NCBI RefSeq assembly: GCF_003790525.1
Contig: NZ_CP033635.1
Direction: 5' to 3' (one strand)
Length of the DNA stretch: 64,000 nucleotides
Source: Escherichia coli
GTDB lineage: Bacteria > Pseudomonadota > Gammaproteobacteria > Enterobacterales > Enterobacteriaceae
Shown here: in pieces, positions 13,068 through 26,018 of the stretch
Numbering within the stretch: position 1 is the first letter of the stretch
How the letters are laid out: every line of letters begins with the position of its first letter
Notes under the pieces: generated by a model
Seen by the model: the letters and a program-made list of their open reading frames with translations, nothing else
What the model was told of the DNA's origin: nothing
Databases searched by the model: none
Made by a program: the position numbers and the translations under genes

Positions 13068-13883
13068 ATGAGCGTAAAAGTTATCGTCACAGACATGGAC
13101 GGTACTTTTCTTAACGACGCCAAAACGTACAACCAACCACGTTTTATGGCGCAATATCAGGAACTGAAAAAGCGCGGCATTGAGTTCGTTGTCGCCAGCG
13201 GTAATCAGTATTACCAGCTTATTTCGTTCTTTCCTGAGCTAAAGGATGAGATCTCTTTTGTCGCAGAAAACGGCGCACTGGTTTACGAACATGGCAAGCA
13301 GTTGTTCCACGGCGAACTGACCCGACATGAATCGCGGATTGTTATTGGCGAGTTGCTAAAAGATAAGCAACTCAATTTTGTCGCCTGCGGTCTGCAAAGT
13401 GCATATGTCAGCGAAAATGCCCCCGAAGCATTCGTCGCACTGATGGCAAAACACTACCATCGCCTGAAACCTGTAAAAGATTATCAGGAGATTGACGACG
13501 TACTGTTCAAGTTTTCGCTCAACCTGCCGGATGAACAAATCCCGTTAGTGATCGACAAACTGCACATAGCGCTGGATGGCATTATGAAACCCGTCACCAG
13601 TGGTTTTGGCTTTATCGACCTGATTATTCCCGGTCTACATAAAGCAAACGGTATTTCGCGGTTACTGAAACGCTGGGATCTGTCACCGCAAAATGTGGTA
13701 GCGATTGGCGACAGCGGTAACGATGCGGAGATGCTGAAAATGGCGCGTTATTCCTTTGCGATGGGCAATGCTGCGGAAAACATTAAACAAATCGCCCGTT
13801 ATGCTACCGATGATAATAATCATGAAGGCGCGCTGAACGTGATTCAGGCTGTGCTGGATAACACATCCCCTTTTAACAGCTGA
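13068..13883 (+). CDS. ybiV: HAD-IIB sugar phosphatase YbiV (SupH)
   Basis: 271 aa with the N-terminal DMDGTF motif and a C-terminal GDSGND motif (Cof-type HAD). Confidence 0.94.
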   Translation: MSVKVIVTDMDGTFLNDAKTYNQPRFMAQYQELKKRGIEFVVASGNQYYQLISFFPELKDEISFVAENGALVYEHGKQLFHGELTRHESRIVIGELLKDKQLNFVACGLQSAYVSENAPEAFVALMAKHYHRLKPVKDYQEIDDVLFKFSLNLPDEQIPLVIDKLHIALDGIMKPVTSGFGFIDLIIPGLHKANGISRLLKRWDLSPQNVVAIGDSGNDAEMLKMARYSFAMGNAAENIKQIARYATDDNNHEGALNVIQAVLDNTSPFNS

Positions 13884-13890
13884 CCTCTCT

Positions 13891-13920
13891 ACCGGAGCCA
13901 TGCGCTCCGGTTTTCCCTTC
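13891..13920 (+). terminator. rho-independent terminator after ybiV
   Basis: ACCGGAGC-catgc-GCTCCGGT stem-loop followed by TTTTCCCTTCTTTTT. Confidence 0.7.
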
Positions 13921-14034
13921 TTTTTACATCCTGTACATCACATCAAATCATTAAACTTGCATTAACTTATTTATAACTTATATTGTCACATGCAAATCAG
14001 TATAGTTTCGAATGAAAGTTAATGCGAGGTGGTT

Positions 14035-15300
14035 ATGGCTTCTACTTTTACCAGCGACACATTGCCTGCCGATCACAAAGCAGCTATCCGTCAGATGAAG
14101 CACGCGCTGCGGGCGCAGCTTGGCGACGTCCAGCAGATCTTTAATCAGCTAAGCGATGACATTGCCACGCGAGTGGCTGAAATCAACGCACTCAAAGCAC
14201 AGGGCGATGCAGTCTGGCCGGTGCTGTCTTATGCCGATATCAAAGCAGGTCATGTTACTGCAGAGCAACGCGAACAGATTAAACGTCGCGGTTGTGCGGT
14301 GATAAAAGGCCATTTCCCCCGCGAACAAGCGCTAGGCTGGGATCAGTCGATGCTGGACTATCTGGACCGCAACCGCTTTGATGAGGTCTACAAAGGCCCC
14401 GGCGATAATTTCTTCGGGACGCTCAGCGCTTCACGTCCCGAGATTTACCCCATCTACTGGTCGCAGGCGCAAATGCAGGCCCGCCAGAGTGAAGAAATGG
14501 CGAATGCGCAGTCGTTTCTCAATCGTCTGTGGACATTTGAAAGTGATGGAAAGCAATGGTTTAACCCGGATGTGAGCGTCATCTACCCTGACCGTATCCG
14601 CCGCCGTCCGCCCGGAACGGCCTCCAAAGGTCTCGGAGCGCATACCGACTCCGGGGCACTGGAACGCTGGCTGCTTCCAGCGTATCAGCGCGTTTTCGCC
14701 AACGTCTTTAATGGCAATCTGGCGCAATATGATCCCTGGCATGCGGCACATCGTACAGAAGTTGAAGAGTACACGGTGGACAACACCACCAAATGTTCCG
14801 TGTTTCGGACATTCCAGGGCTGGACAGCGCTCTCTGATATGCTGCCTGGTCAGGGACTGCTGCACGTCGTGCCCATTCCTGAAGCCATAGCGTACGTGCT
14901 GTTACGTCCGCTGCTTGATGATGTGCCGGAGGATGAACTGTGCGGCGTAGCGCCCGGAAGAGTGTTGCCGGTATCAGAGCAATGGCATCCACTGTTGATT
15001 GAGGCATTAACCAGCATTCCACAACTCGAAGCCGGAGACTCCGTCTGGTGGCACTGCGACGTCATCCATTCCGTTGCCCCCGTTGAAAATCAACAGGGCT
15101 GGGGCAACGTGATGTACATTCCTGCGGCACCGATGTGCGAGAAAAATCTTGCCTACGCGCACAAGGTGAAGGCCGCACTGGAAAAAGGCGCATCACCTGG
15201 CGACTTCCCGCGGGAAGATTATGAAGCAAACTGGGAAGGCCGCTTTACGCTGGAGGATCTGAACATTCACGGTAAGCGCGCACTGGGCATGGATGTTTGA
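14035..15300 (+). CDS. ybiU: DUF1479-family protein YbiU
   Basis: ATG at 14035 gives MASTFTSDTLPADHKAAIRQ (421 aa). The track ORF starts two codons earlier at a GTG. Confidence 0.92.
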   Translation: MASTFTSDTLPADHKAAIRQMKHALRAQLGDVQQIFNQLSDDIATRVAEINALKAQGDAVWPVLSYADIKAGHVTAEQREQIKRRGCAVIKGHFPREQALGWDQSMLDYLDRNRFDEVYKGPGDNFFGTLSASRPEIYPIYWSQAQMQARQSEEMANAQSFLNRLWTFESDGKQWFNPDVSVIYPDRIRRRPPGTASKGLGAHTDSGALERWLLPAYQRVFANVFNGNLAQYDPWHAAHRTEVEEYTVDNTTKCSVFRTFQGWTALSDMLPGQGLLHVVPIPEAIAYVLLRPLLDDVPEDELCGVAPGRVLPVSEQWHPLLIEALTSIPQLEAGDSVWWHCDVIHSVAPVENQQGWGNVMYIPAAPMCEKNLAYAHKVKAALEKGASPGDFPREDYEANWEGRFTLEDLNIHGKRALGMDV

Positions 15301-15382
15301 GAGTTAATGGAAGTGAATTGATGTGGGATTAAGAAAATCGATTCGACGTTACTCAGATTGCTGACAAATGCGCTTTGTTAAT

Positions 15383-15480
15383 GCCTGATGCGGCGTTAAC
15401 GCCTTATCCGGCCTACAAAGTCCTGCAGATTCAATATATTGCAGGTACTGCGTAGGCCTGATAAGCATAGCGCATCAGGC
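15383..15480. repeat. REP/BIME element (two inverted REP copies)
   Basis: GCCTGATGCGGCGTTAACGCCTTATCCGGCCTAC (15383-15416) and the inverted GTAGGCCTGATAAGCATAGCGCATCAGGC (15452-15480) flank a CCTGCA...TGCAGG palindrome. This is the canonical E. coli REP consensus. Confidence 0.9.
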
Positions 15481-15540
15481 AATCTTGCGTTTGTCATCAG
15501 CCGCCGTCACCCCGACAGTATCGGGCTGACGGATAATAAC

Positions 15541-17133
15541 TTACTCGATCCCTTTACTACGCAGATAATCTTCGTAATTACCGCTAAAGTCGATCACGCG
15601 TTCCGGGGTGATTTCCAGAATACGGGTCGCCAGGGAGCTTACGAACTCACGGTCGTGTGAAACAAAGATCAGCGTGCCCTGATACAGTTCCAGCGCCATG
15701 TTCAGCGACTCAATAGATTCCATATCCAGGTGGTTGGTCGGTTCGTCCATGATCAGAATGTTCGGCTTCTGCATCATTAACTTACCAAACAGCATCCGCC
15801 CTTTCTCCCCACCGGAAAGCACTTTCGCTGGCTTTTTGATATCGTCCTGGCTGAACAGCAAACGACCGAGAATGCTGCGTACCGCCTGCTCGTCATCGCC
15901 TTCCTGCTTCCACTGGCTCATCCATTCGAACACGGTCAGATCATTTTCGAACTCATATTCATGGTCCTGGGCGTAGTAACCAATGCGCGCGTTCTCAGAC
16001 CATTTTACGGTGCCGCTGTCCGGTTGCAGATCGCCCACCAGCGTTTTCAGCAGCGTTGATTTACCGACGCCGTTGGTACCCAGTACCGCCAGTTTTTCAC
16101 CGACTTCCAGCAGCAGGTTGAGATTTTTAAACAGTGGACCGTTATCAAACCCTTTGGTCAGACCTTCCACTTCCAGCGCGTTACGGAACAGTTTCTTATC
16201 CTGCTCAAAACGGATGAACGGGTTCTGACGGCTGGAAGCTTTCACCTCTTCCAGTTTGATTTTATCGATCTGGCGCGCACGCGAAGTTGCCTGGCGAGAT
16301 TTCGAGGCGTTGGCGCTAAAGCGGCTAACGAAAGATTGCAGCTCGGCAATCTGCGCTTTCTTCTTGGCATTATCAGCCAGCAGACGTTCACGCGCCTGGG
16401 TCGCCGCCGTCATGTACTCATCGTAGTTACCTGGATAAACGCGCAGCTCGCCGTAATCCAGATCCGCCATATGGGTACAAACCATGTTAAGGAAGTGACG
16501 GTCGTGCGAGATGATGATCATGGTGCTGTCACGCTCGTTCAGCACCTGTTCCAGCCAACGAATGGTGTCGATGTCGAGGTTGTTGGTCGGTTCGTCGAGC
16601 AGGAGAATGTCCGGATCAGCAAACAGCGCCTGCGCCAGCAGCACACGCAGCTTCCAGCCAGGAGCAACTTCACTCATCGGGCCGTAGTGCTGTTCCACTG
16701 GAATTCCCACGCCAAGCAACAGTTCACCGGCGCGAGCTTCCGCAGAGTAACCGTCCATTTCGCCGTATTTTACTTCCAGATCGGCCACTTTATAACCGTC
16801 TTCTTCGCTCATTTCCGGCAAAGCATAGATACGGTCGCGCTCCTGCTTCACTTCCCACAACTCTTTATGCCCCATGATCACCGTATCCAGCACGGTGAAC
16901 TCTTCAAAGGCAAACTGATCCTGACGCAATTTACCAATGCGCTCGTTGGGATCGAGGGAAACGTTACCCAGCGTCGGCTCTAAGTCGCCGCCGAGGATCT
17001 TCATAAAGGTGGATTTACCACTACCGTTCGCGCCAATCAGGCCGTAACGGTTGCCGCCGCCAAACTTGACGGAAATGTTTTCAAACAACGGCTTACTGCC
17101 GAACTGCATGGTGACGTTACTGGAAACTAACAC
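15541..17133 (-). CDS. ybiT: ABC-F family ATPase YbiT
   Basis: 530 aa with two ABC domains ([18 protein letters not shown]) and no membrane domain. Confidence 0.95.
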
Positions 17134-17351
17134 AGGCGTATCCTGAAAAGAGATATGACAAACCGCGTATTATGCCATAAGTCTGAAAGAAGATCCCGTC
17201 CCCCGCTTAAGGTCTACACTCTTCCCAAAGGCAAAAAATGTGATTTCGTACACATCTGATTTCACTGTGAGCTGGAATGAACTTATAATGCGCTTCCAAT
17301 ACTCTAATATTCTCAACCCAATGGCCTGCCAGGCACAAAATCTCGCTTAAC

Positions 17352-18272
17352 ATGAATATGAAATTGAAAACATTATTCGCAGCGGCCTTCGCTGTTGTCG
17401 GCTTTTGCAGTACCGCCTCTGCGGTAACTTATCCTCTGCCAACCGACGGGAGTCGCCTGGTTGGTCAGAATCAGGTGATCACCATTCCTGAAGGTAACAC
17501 TCAGCCGCTGGAGTATTTTGCCGCCGAGTACCAGATGGGGCTTTCCAATATGATGGAAGCGAACCCGGGTGTGGATACCTTCCTGCCGAAAGGCGGTACT
17601 GTACTGAACATTCCGCAGCAGCTGATCCTGCCGGATACCGTTCATGAAGGCATCGTCATTAACAGTGCAGAGATGCGTCTGTATTACTATCCGAAAGGGA
17701 CCAACACCGTTATCGTGCTGCCGATCGGCATTGGTCAGTTAGGCAAAGATACGCCTATCAACTGGACCACCAAAGTTGAGCGTAAGAAAGCAGGCCCGAC
17801 CTGGACGCCGACCGCCAAAATGCACGCAGAGTACCGCGCTGCGGGCGAACCGCTTCCGGCTGTCGTTCCGGCAGGTCCGGATAACCCGATGGGGCTGTAT
17901 GCACTCTACATCGGTCGCCTGTACGCTATCCATGGCACCAACGCCAACTTCGGTATCGGCCTGCGTGTAAGTCATGGTTGTGTGCGTCTGCGTAACGAAG
18001 ACATAAAATTCCTGTTCGAGAAAGTACCGGTCGGTACCCGCGTACAGTTTATTGATGAGCCGGTAAAAGCGACCACCGAGCCAGACGGCAGCCGTTATAT
18101 TGAAGTCCATAACCCGCTGTCTACCACCGAAGCCCAGTTTGAAGGTCAGGAAATTGTGCCAATTACCCTGACCAAGAGCGTGCAGACAGTAACTGGTCAG
18201 CCTGATGTGGATCAGGTCGTGCTGGATGAAGCGATCAAAAATCGTTCCGGGATGCCGGTTCGTCTGAATTAA
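17352..18272 (+). CDS. ldtB: L,D-transpeptidase LdtB (YbiS)
   Basis: 306 aa with a signal peptide and a YkuD domain carrying the catalytic SHGCVRL motif. Confidence 0.95.
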
Positions 18273-18290
18273 TCGTCAAAACGTAAAACA

Positions 18291-18318
18291 GAGGCGGACT
18301 CATCATCCGCCTTTTTTA
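18291..18318 (+). terminator. rho-independent terminator after ldtB
   Basis: GGCGGA-ctcatca-TCCGCC followed by TTTTTTATTT. Confidence 0.8.
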
Positions 18319-18330
18319 TTTGGCCAGACC

Positions 18331-19449
18331 CTAGTTGGCCGGGAGCATAACGAATAAAACGTATCCCACCAGCGCCGCCCACAACAGCATCGGTATCGAA
18401 TAAAGATGAAAACGCCACCAGATACGGCGATCGTTCGCCATCCGTAACGCAATCAAATTTGCCAGCGATCCGGGTAATAAACCAAAGCCCCCCACGTTTA
18501 CCGCCCATGCCAGCAGCAACGACGGCGGCACATAGTTCAGCAACAATATGGTACTCGGCACATTACTGATCACCTGCGATAAACCGATTGCCGTTAACCA
18601 TAATCCGGGTTCGGATAAATGGCTCACATTGCTCAACACGCCCTGCAAAGCTGGCAGTTGGGTCAGCAAATGGACGTCGATAAACATCGCCATAAATACC
18701 AGCAGCAGCGTCCAGTCCACACTCAACACCACGCGACGTGCCAGCAGCGCAAAGCCCGCCGCCACAATCACCAGTCCCCACAGCTCTTGTTTTAACTCCA
18801 GCGCCGTCAGAAAGACGATATACAGCCCCAGACAACTCCACACCAGCCGCGGTTTCCACTCCGGTGTTTGCACCCCCGTATGGTATTGGAGTGCCTTTCC
18901 AGGGAAACAACACCAGCACAACAGCAGGAGCGTCAGCATCATTGCGCCAGCCAGCGGTGCCATTTGGGCAATAAATCCGGCAAACGAAAGACCAGAACGT
19001 CCCCAGATAAGAATATTTTGCGGGTTGCCAATTGGCGTCAGTAGCGAACCCGCATTGACTGCCAGCGCCTCAAAAATAATCAGCCGATTAACCGGGATCT
19101 CACACAGTCTTTTTAGCGTGATAGTCAGCGGAACAACTATAAACAGCGCGACATCGTTGGTCAGAAAGGTAGAAAGCAGCGCCGCCGCCAGCACCATAAA
19201 CATCGCCAGCCGACGCTCCGTAGCAAAGCGGCGCACCATTTTGCGCCCCAGCACATCAAAATAACCGCTTAACTCCACACCTTTGGTCAGCAGCATCAGG
19301 CCGCTTAAGGTGATGATGGTGTGCCAGTCGATAGCAGCAGGCCAGGATTTCGGTGCAAAGGGCACGAAAAAGCTTAATCCGATACCAACAAGAATTAATA
19401 ACTGAAAAAAACGATCCCCTTGCAGCGTGCGTAAAAAAGGCAGGCTCAT
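18331..19449 (-). CDS. ybiR: ArsB/NhaD-superfamily anion permease YbiR
   Basis: 372-aa polytopic membrane ORF. Its start overlaps the mntR stop (mntR-ybiR operon arrangement). Confidence 0.92.
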
Positions 19450-19913
19450 TTGGCACCGTGTTTCTGGGTAAACAAACGAAAAGCGTCGAGCGTCTCTTCA
19501 CTGACATGGTGCTCCATGCCTTCCGCGTCGCGACGGGCGATTTCCGGACTGACGCCCAACACCAACAAGAAATTTTCGACTATCTGATGTCGCTCGCGGC
19601 TTTCCTGCGCCAGCTTCTCTCCTTCTGCCGTTAAAAACACGCCACGCCAGGGGATCATTTCAATCAGCCCCATGGTTGCCAGTCGCTTAAGCATTTTAGC
19701 CACCGTCGGTTGCGAAACTCCCAAACGAGCAGCCATGTCTACCTGACGAGCTTCCCCCACTTCCCTGATCAAGTCAGAAATCAGCTCAACGTAATCATCA
19801 ATAAGCTCGCGCCGATGCGCCTCTCTGACCTGGCGGAACCCTTCAACGTGCTCTTCCACGTTCACTAACTGCGTCACTTTTTTTGCTGTTGGCGTACCTG
19901 CGCGACGACTCAT
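19446..19913 (-). CDS. mntR: Mn(II)-responsive DtxR-family repressor MntR
   Basis: 155 aa with a winged-helix N-terminal domain ([14 protein letters not shown]) and a DtxR-type metal-binding domain. Confidence 0.95.
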
Positions 19914-20022
19914 TGTGCTTCCTCATTATGGTGACGCATACCTAGCGTTCTCATTTCGTGCGCACATTGTAAACCAGAGTTGCGAAGGTACAAAAAATTA
20001 ACGTTTTAGCAATAGCTATATA

Positions 20023-20040
20023 ATATAGCCTGTGCTATAT
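20023..20040. promoter_or_regulatory. MntR operator upstream of mntS
   Basis: Perfect palindrome ATATAGC-ctgt-GCTATAT, ~60 nt upstream of the mntS start. It matches the MntR box pattern (ATAGC-N4-GCTAT). Confidence 0.7.
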
Positions 20041-20098
20041 CTGTATGTAATGCAATCATCCCTCAAGGATCGACGGGATTAGCAAGTCAGGAGGTCTT

Positions 20099-20227
20099 AT
20101 GAATGAGTTCAAGAGGTGTATGCGCGTGTTTAGTCATTCTCCCTTTAAAGTACGGTTAATGCTGCTCTCTATGTTGTGCGATATGGTCAACAACAAACCG
20201 CAGCAAGATAAACCTTCCGATAAATAG
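20099..20227 (+). CDS. mntS: small protein MntS (within the RybA transcript)
   Basis: 42-codon ORF MNEFKRCMRVFSHSPFKVRLMLLSMLCDMVNNKPQQDKPSDK preceded by AGGAGG. Recognised as MntS. Below the ORF-track cutoff. Confidence 0.88.
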   Translation: MNEFKRCMRVFSHSPFKVRLMLLSMLCDMVNNKPQQDKPSDK

Positions 20228-20498
20228 CGGCGTCGCGGTACGCCGCTTCACTCCTGCTTTTATGCAGGCACAACGCGTTTTGGTCTGAAAAACCCCACTT
20301 TTTGTCGGATTTGCAATCCCCTTCGCGAAAGATTTGTTCGTCAGTAGTTGACCTGAACGGCGGCTCGCTCTATCTTCTTGCAGCCCTGCGTATATTGCGG
20401 CTCGCGGATGCGGACCCCTTTCCCCTCTTCACGCACTCTTGCAGGTATTGACCCTTGACGCCAGGGTAAGCACATGGCGTTTGTTACGATAGTGGCAT

Positions 20499-22082
20499 AT
20501 GAATTTAACCCTCAAAGACTCGCTTGTTACCCGTAGCCGGGTATTTAGCCCGTGGACTGCGTTCTACTTTTTACAGTCGCTATTAATTAACCTCGGCTTA
20601 GGTTATCCCTTCAGTTTGCTCTACACCGCTGCGTTTACGGCTATTTTGCTTTTGCTATGGCGAACATTGCCTCGCGTACAAAAAGTTCTGGTCGGTGTCA
20701 GTTCGCTGGTGGCGGCTTGTTATTTCCCTTTTGCTCAGGCCTACGGCGCGCCTAATTTCAATACATTGCTGGCATTGCACTCCACCAATATGGAAGAGTC
20801 GACCGAAATCCTGACGATTTTTCCGTGGTACAGCTACCTGGTCGGCTTATTTATTTTTGCGCTCGGCGTAATAGCAATCAGGCGAAAAAAAGAGAATGAA
20901 AAAGCGCGCTGGAATACCTTCGACAGCCTGTGTCTGGTATTCAGTGTGGCGACATTTTTTGTTGCTCCCGTGCAAAACCTGGCCTGGGGCGGCGTATTTA
21001 AACTGAAAGATACTGGCTATCCGGTATTTCGTTTTGCTAAGGATGTCATCGTCAATAATAACGAGGTGATCGAAGAGCAAGAACGGATGGCAAAACTTTC
21101 CGGAATGAAAGATACCTGGACGGTCACTGCCGTTAAGCCGAAGTATCAGACCTATGTGGTGGTGATCGGTGAAAGCGCGCGTCGCGATGCCCTCGGTGCC
21201 TTTGGCGGTCACTGGGACAATACCCCGTTTGCCAGCAGCGTTAACGGTTTGATATTTGCTGACTACATTGCCGCCAGTGGCTCCACGCAGAAATCGCTTG
21301 GCTTAACGCTCAATCGCGTTGTCGATGGCAAACCACAGTTTCAGGATAACTTTGTCACCCTGGCAAATCGCGCGGGCTTCCAGACCTGGTGGTTTTCCAA
21401 CCAGGGCCAAATCGGCGAATACGATACCGCCATCGCCAGCATCGCCAAACGTGCAGATGAAGTGTACTTCCTGAAAGAAGGTAATTTTGAAGCAGATAAA
21501 AACACGAAAGACGAAGCGTTACTGGATATGACCGCTCAAGTGCTGGCGCAAGAGCACTCGCAACCGCAGCTGATTGTTCTACATCTGATGGGCTCGCATC
21601 CGCAGGCCTGCGACAGGACACAAGGCAAATACGAAACCTTTGTGCAATCAAAAGAAACGTCGTGCTATCTCTATACCATGACGCAAACGGACGATTTACT
21701 GCGCAAACTGTACGATCAGTTACGCAACAGCGGCAGCAGCTTCTCGCTGGTTTACTTTTCTGACCACGGTCTGGCCTTTAAAGAGCGCGGCAAAGACGTG
21801 CAATACCTTGCCCATGATGATAAGTATCAGCAAAATTTCCAGGTGCCTTTTATGGTCATTTCCAGCGACGATAAAGCGCATCGGGTGATTAAAGCCCGCC
21901 GCTCAGCCAATGACTTCTTAGGTTTTTTCTCCCAGTGGACGGGAATTAAAGCGAAGGAAATTAACATCAAATACCCGTTTATATCTGAGAAGAAAGCCGG
22001 GCCGATATACATCACCAACTTCCAGTTACAGAAGGTAGATTACAACCATCTCGGAACCGATATTTTCGACCCGAAACCTTAA
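20499..22082 (+). CDS. opgE: phosphoethanolamine transferase OpgE (YbiP)
   Basis: 527 aa with an N-terminal multi-TM region and a sulfatase/EptA-like periplasmic domain. Confidence 0.92.
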   Translation: MNLTLKDSLVTRSRVFSPWTAFYFLQSLLINLGLGYPFSLLYTAAFTAILLLLWRTLPRVQKVLVGVSSLVAACYFPFAQAYGAPNFNTLLALHSTNMEESTEILTIFPWYSYLVGLFIFALGVIAIRRKKENEKARWNTFDSLCLVFSVATFFVAPVQNLAWGGVFKLKDTGYPVFRFAKDVIVNNNEVIEEQERMAKLSGMKDTWTVTAVKPKYQTYVVVIGESARRDALGAFGGHWDNTPFASSVNGLIFADYIAASGSTQKSLGLTLNRVVDGKPQFQDNFVTLANRAGFQTWWFSNQGQIGEYDTAIASIAKRADEVYFLKEGNFEADKNTKDEALLDMTAQVLAQEHSQPQLIVLHLMGSHPQACDRTQGKYETFVQSKETSCYLYTMTQTDDLLRKLYDQLRNSGSSFSLVYFSDHGLAFKERGKDVQYLAHDDKYQQNFQVPFMVISSDDKAHRVIKARRSANDFLGFFSQWTGIKAKEINIKYPFISEKKAGPIYITNFQLQKVDYNHLGTDIFDPKP

Positions 22083-22087
22083 AAACA

Positions 22088-22116
22088 AAAATCCGCCCCG
22101 AGAGGCGGATTTTTTA
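22088..22116. terminator. bidirectional terminator between opgE and ompX
   Basis: ATCCGCC-ccgaga-GGCGGAT flanked by an A-run on the left and a T-run on the right. Confidence 0.85.
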
Positions 22117-22130
22117 TATCACCGAAGTGA

Positions 22131-22646
22131 TTAGAAGCGGTAACCAACACCGGCAATCCAGGTGCCTACGTCAACGCTACGAATACGGCTCTGCTCGTAA
22201 GAGAAGTCCAGAGCAACGTTTTCCATCGGGTTGAACTGCAGACCAGCACCGTAGGAGAAACCGTAGTCGCTGGTGTCGTGTTTGTAGGTCGGGTATTCAG
22301 TGGTCTGGAATTTACCATAACCCACACCCACTACACCGTAGATGCTTGCCCAGTCGTTAATGCGGTAAGCCGGACCAGCAGTGATGCCGTAGTACTGGTT
22401 TTTGTTGTAGTCACCAGAGCTTGCAGTACGGCTTTTCTCGGTGTAAGTGAAAGAACCGATCACACCCAGCGGGCTGTTGTCTTCTTCATAGCGGTATTTC
22501 AGGTTGAAACCGCCCATTTTGTTCATTTGGCCCTGAGCGTCGCTCTGTGCGTAACCGCCAGTTACAGTAGAAGTCGCAGCTACGGAAGTACCTGCGGTGA
22601 AAGCCAGAACTGCGGCCAGTGCTGAAAGACATGCAATTTTTTTCAT
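22131..22646 (-). CDS. ompX: outer membrane protein X
   Basis: Start at MKKIACLSALAAVLAFTAGTSVA (171 aa). Eight-stranded Ail/Lom-family barrel ending GVGYRF. Confidence 0.96.
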   Translation of the reverse strand: MKKIACLSALAAVLAFTAGTSVAATSTVTGGYAQSDAQGQMNKMGGFNLKYRYEEDNSPLGVIGSFTYTEKSRTASSGDYNKNQYYGITAGPAYRINDWASIYGVVGVGYGKFQTTEYPTYKHDTSDYGFSYGAGLQFNPMENVALDFSYEQSRIRSVDVGTWIAGVGYRF

Positions 22647-22998
22647 AACCACCTCAAATGTGATTCAAATAAGTCCTAAGTTTTAAATATATCAAAAATT
22701 AATGGGAAACTCTTCGCGATTTATGATGTCTAACGGGCCATTTCATGTAACAGAACGTTTCCATACACCGCTATCCATCTAAATTTAAATCACTTTTTCA
22801 GAGAACTGCGTAAGTATTACGCATGTTTTCCCTGTCATTCATCCAGATTATTCCTAATCACCAGACTAATGATTCCATCAATCCTGGCGCATTTTAGTCA
22901 AAACGGGGGAAAATTTTTTCAACAAATGCTCAACCAGCATTGGGTATATCCAGTACACTCCACGCTTTACTTAGGTTTAGATATTTGTGGGAGAAAGG

Positions 22999-23886
22999 AT
23001 GCCTGGTTCATTACGTAAAATGCCGGTCTGGTTACCAATAGTCATATTGCTCGTTGCCATGGCGTCTATTCAGGGTGGAGCCTCGTTAGCTAAGTCACTT
23101 TTTCCTCTGGTGGGCGCACCGGGGGTCACTGCGCTGCGTCTGGCATTAGGCACGCTGATCCTCATCGCGTTCTTTAAGCCATGGCGACTGCGCTTTGCCA
23201 AAGAGCAGCGGTTACTGCTGTTGTTTTACGGCGTTTCGCTGGGGGGGATGAATTATCTTTTTTATCTTTCTATTCAGACGGTACCGCTGGGTATTGCGGT
23301 GGCGCTGGAGTTCACCGGACCACTGGCGGTGGCGCTGTTCTCTTCTCGTCGCCCGGTAGATTTCGTCTGGGTTGTTCTGGCGGTTCTTGGTCTGTGGTTC
23401 CTGCTACCGCTGGGGCAAGACGTTTCCCATGTCGATTTAACCGGCTGTGCGCTGGCTCTGGGGGCCGGGGCTTGTTGGGCTATTTACATTTTAAGTGGGC
23501 AACGCGCAGGAGCGGAACATGGCCCTGCGACGGTGGCAATTGGTTCGTTGATTGCAGCGTTAATTTTCGTGCCAATTGGAGTGCTTCAGGCTGGTGAAGC
23601 ACTCTGGCACTGGTCGGTTATTCCATTGGGTCTGGCGGTCGCTATTCTCTCGACCGCTCTGCCTTATTCGCTGGAAATGATTGCCCTCACCCGTTTGCCA
23701 ACACGCACATTTGGTACGCTAATGAGCATGGAACCTGCGCTGGCTGCCGTTTCCGGGATGATTTTCCTCGGAGAAACACTGACACCCATACAGCTGCTGG
23801 CGCTCGGCGCTATCATCGCCGCTTCAATGGGTTCTACGCTGACAGTACGCAAAGAGAGCAAAATAAAAGAATTAGACATAAATTAA
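22999..23886 (+). CDS. rhtA: threonine/homoserine exporter RhtA (DMT/EamA)
   Basis: ATG at 22999 gives MPGSLRKMPVWLPIVILLVAMASIQ (295 aa), a ten-TM EamA-type protein. Confidence 0.93.
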   Translation: MPGSLRKMPVWLPIVILLVAMASIQGGASLAKSLFPLVGAPGVTALRLALGTLILIAFFKPWRLRFAKEQRLLLLFYGVSLGGMNYLFYLSIQTVPLGIAVALEFTGPLAVALFSSRRPVDFVWVVLAVLGLWFLLPLGQDVSHVDLTGCALALGAGACWAIYILSGQRAGAEHGPATVAIGSLIAALIFVPIGVLQAGEALWHWSVIPLGLAVAILSTALPYSLEMIALTRLPTRTFGTLMSMEPALAAVSGMIFLGETLTPIQLLALGAIIAASMGSTLTVRKESKIKELDIN

Positions 23887-23895
23887 ATTTACATT

Positions 23896-23930
23896 TCTGC
23901 ATGGTTATGCATAACCATGCAGATTTTCTC
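23896..23930 (+). terminator. terminator after rhtA (28-bp perfect palindrome)
   Basis: TCTGCATGGTTATGCATAACCATGCAGA followed by TTTTCTC. Confidence 0.8.
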
Positions 23931-24011
23931 GCTACTTTTCCTCTACACCGTCTTTATATATCGAATTATGCAAAAGCATATTTATTCCGAAAATTCCTGG
24001 CGAGCAAATAA

Positions 24012-24689
<678 letters not shown>

Positions 24690-24919
24690 ATCCATCGCTG
24701 ATGGTGCAGAACTTTAGTACCCGATAAAAGCGGCTTCCTGACAGGAGGCCGTTTTGTTTTGCAGCCCACCTCAACGCACTTATTTAGTGCATCCATCTGC
24801 TATCTCCAGCTGATTAAGTAAATTTTTTGTATCCATATCATCACACAATCGTTACATAAAGATTGTTTTTTCATCAGGTTTTACGCTAAATAATCACTGT
24901 GTTGAGTGCACAATTTTAG

Positions 24920-24950
24920 CGCACCAGTTTGGTGCCCCAGAATGGTGCAT
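24920..24950 (+). promoter_or_regulatory. NtrC binding sites of glnHp2
   Basis: GCACCAGTTTGGTGC and the overlapping CCCAGAATGGTGCA match the TGCACC-N5-GGTGCA NtrC consensus. They lie ~90 bp upstream of the sigma54 element. Confidence 0.7.
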
Positions 24951-25022
24951 CTTCAGGGTATTGCCCTATAAATCGTGCATCACGTTTTTACCGCATCTCG
25001 ATAAATCAATGAGTTGCAAAAC

Positions 25023-25039
25023 TGGCACGATTTTTTCAT
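25023..25039 (+). promoter_or_regulatory. sigma54 promoter glnHp2
   Basis: TGGCACGATTTTTTCAT carries the -24 GG and a -12-like element, ~55 nt upstream of the glnH ATG. Confidence 0.75.
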
Positions 25040-25077
25040 ATATGTGAATGTCACGCAGGGGATCGTCCCGTGGATAG

Positions 25078-25839
<762 letters not shown>

Positions 25840-25876
25840 TAACGCTACGCCTGTAAGGCGCACTGGCAGTTCCCTC

Positions 25877-25890
25877 TCCCCTCTGGGGAG
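25877..25890 (+). repeat. island direct repeat, left copy (attL core)
   Basis: TCCCCTCTGGGGAG, identical to 52665-52678. Confidence 0.8.
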
Positions 25891-26018
25891 GATCTATTGA
25901 TATCAACTGATTTCAACAGAGCTAACCCCTCCCCCTTTAACCCCCTTTGAAATAAGATATCATCAGAAATTCCTTTTCTCTGGGGGTCAATCATATTCCA
26001 TGAACATCAAGATGATTT

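Noticed and set aside
15439-15660. 73-aa ORF downstream of ybiU
   Set aside because: It begins inside the REP/BIME element and runs antisense into the ybiT 3' end.
16336-16983. 215-aa plus-strand ORF
   Set aside because: It lies entirely antisense within ybiT (an ABC-F ATPase with clear motifs). It is a shadow ORF.
18548-19264. 238-aa plus-strand ORF
   Set aside because: It is antisense within ybiR, Ser/Thr/Pro-rich and low-complexity. It is a shadow ORF.
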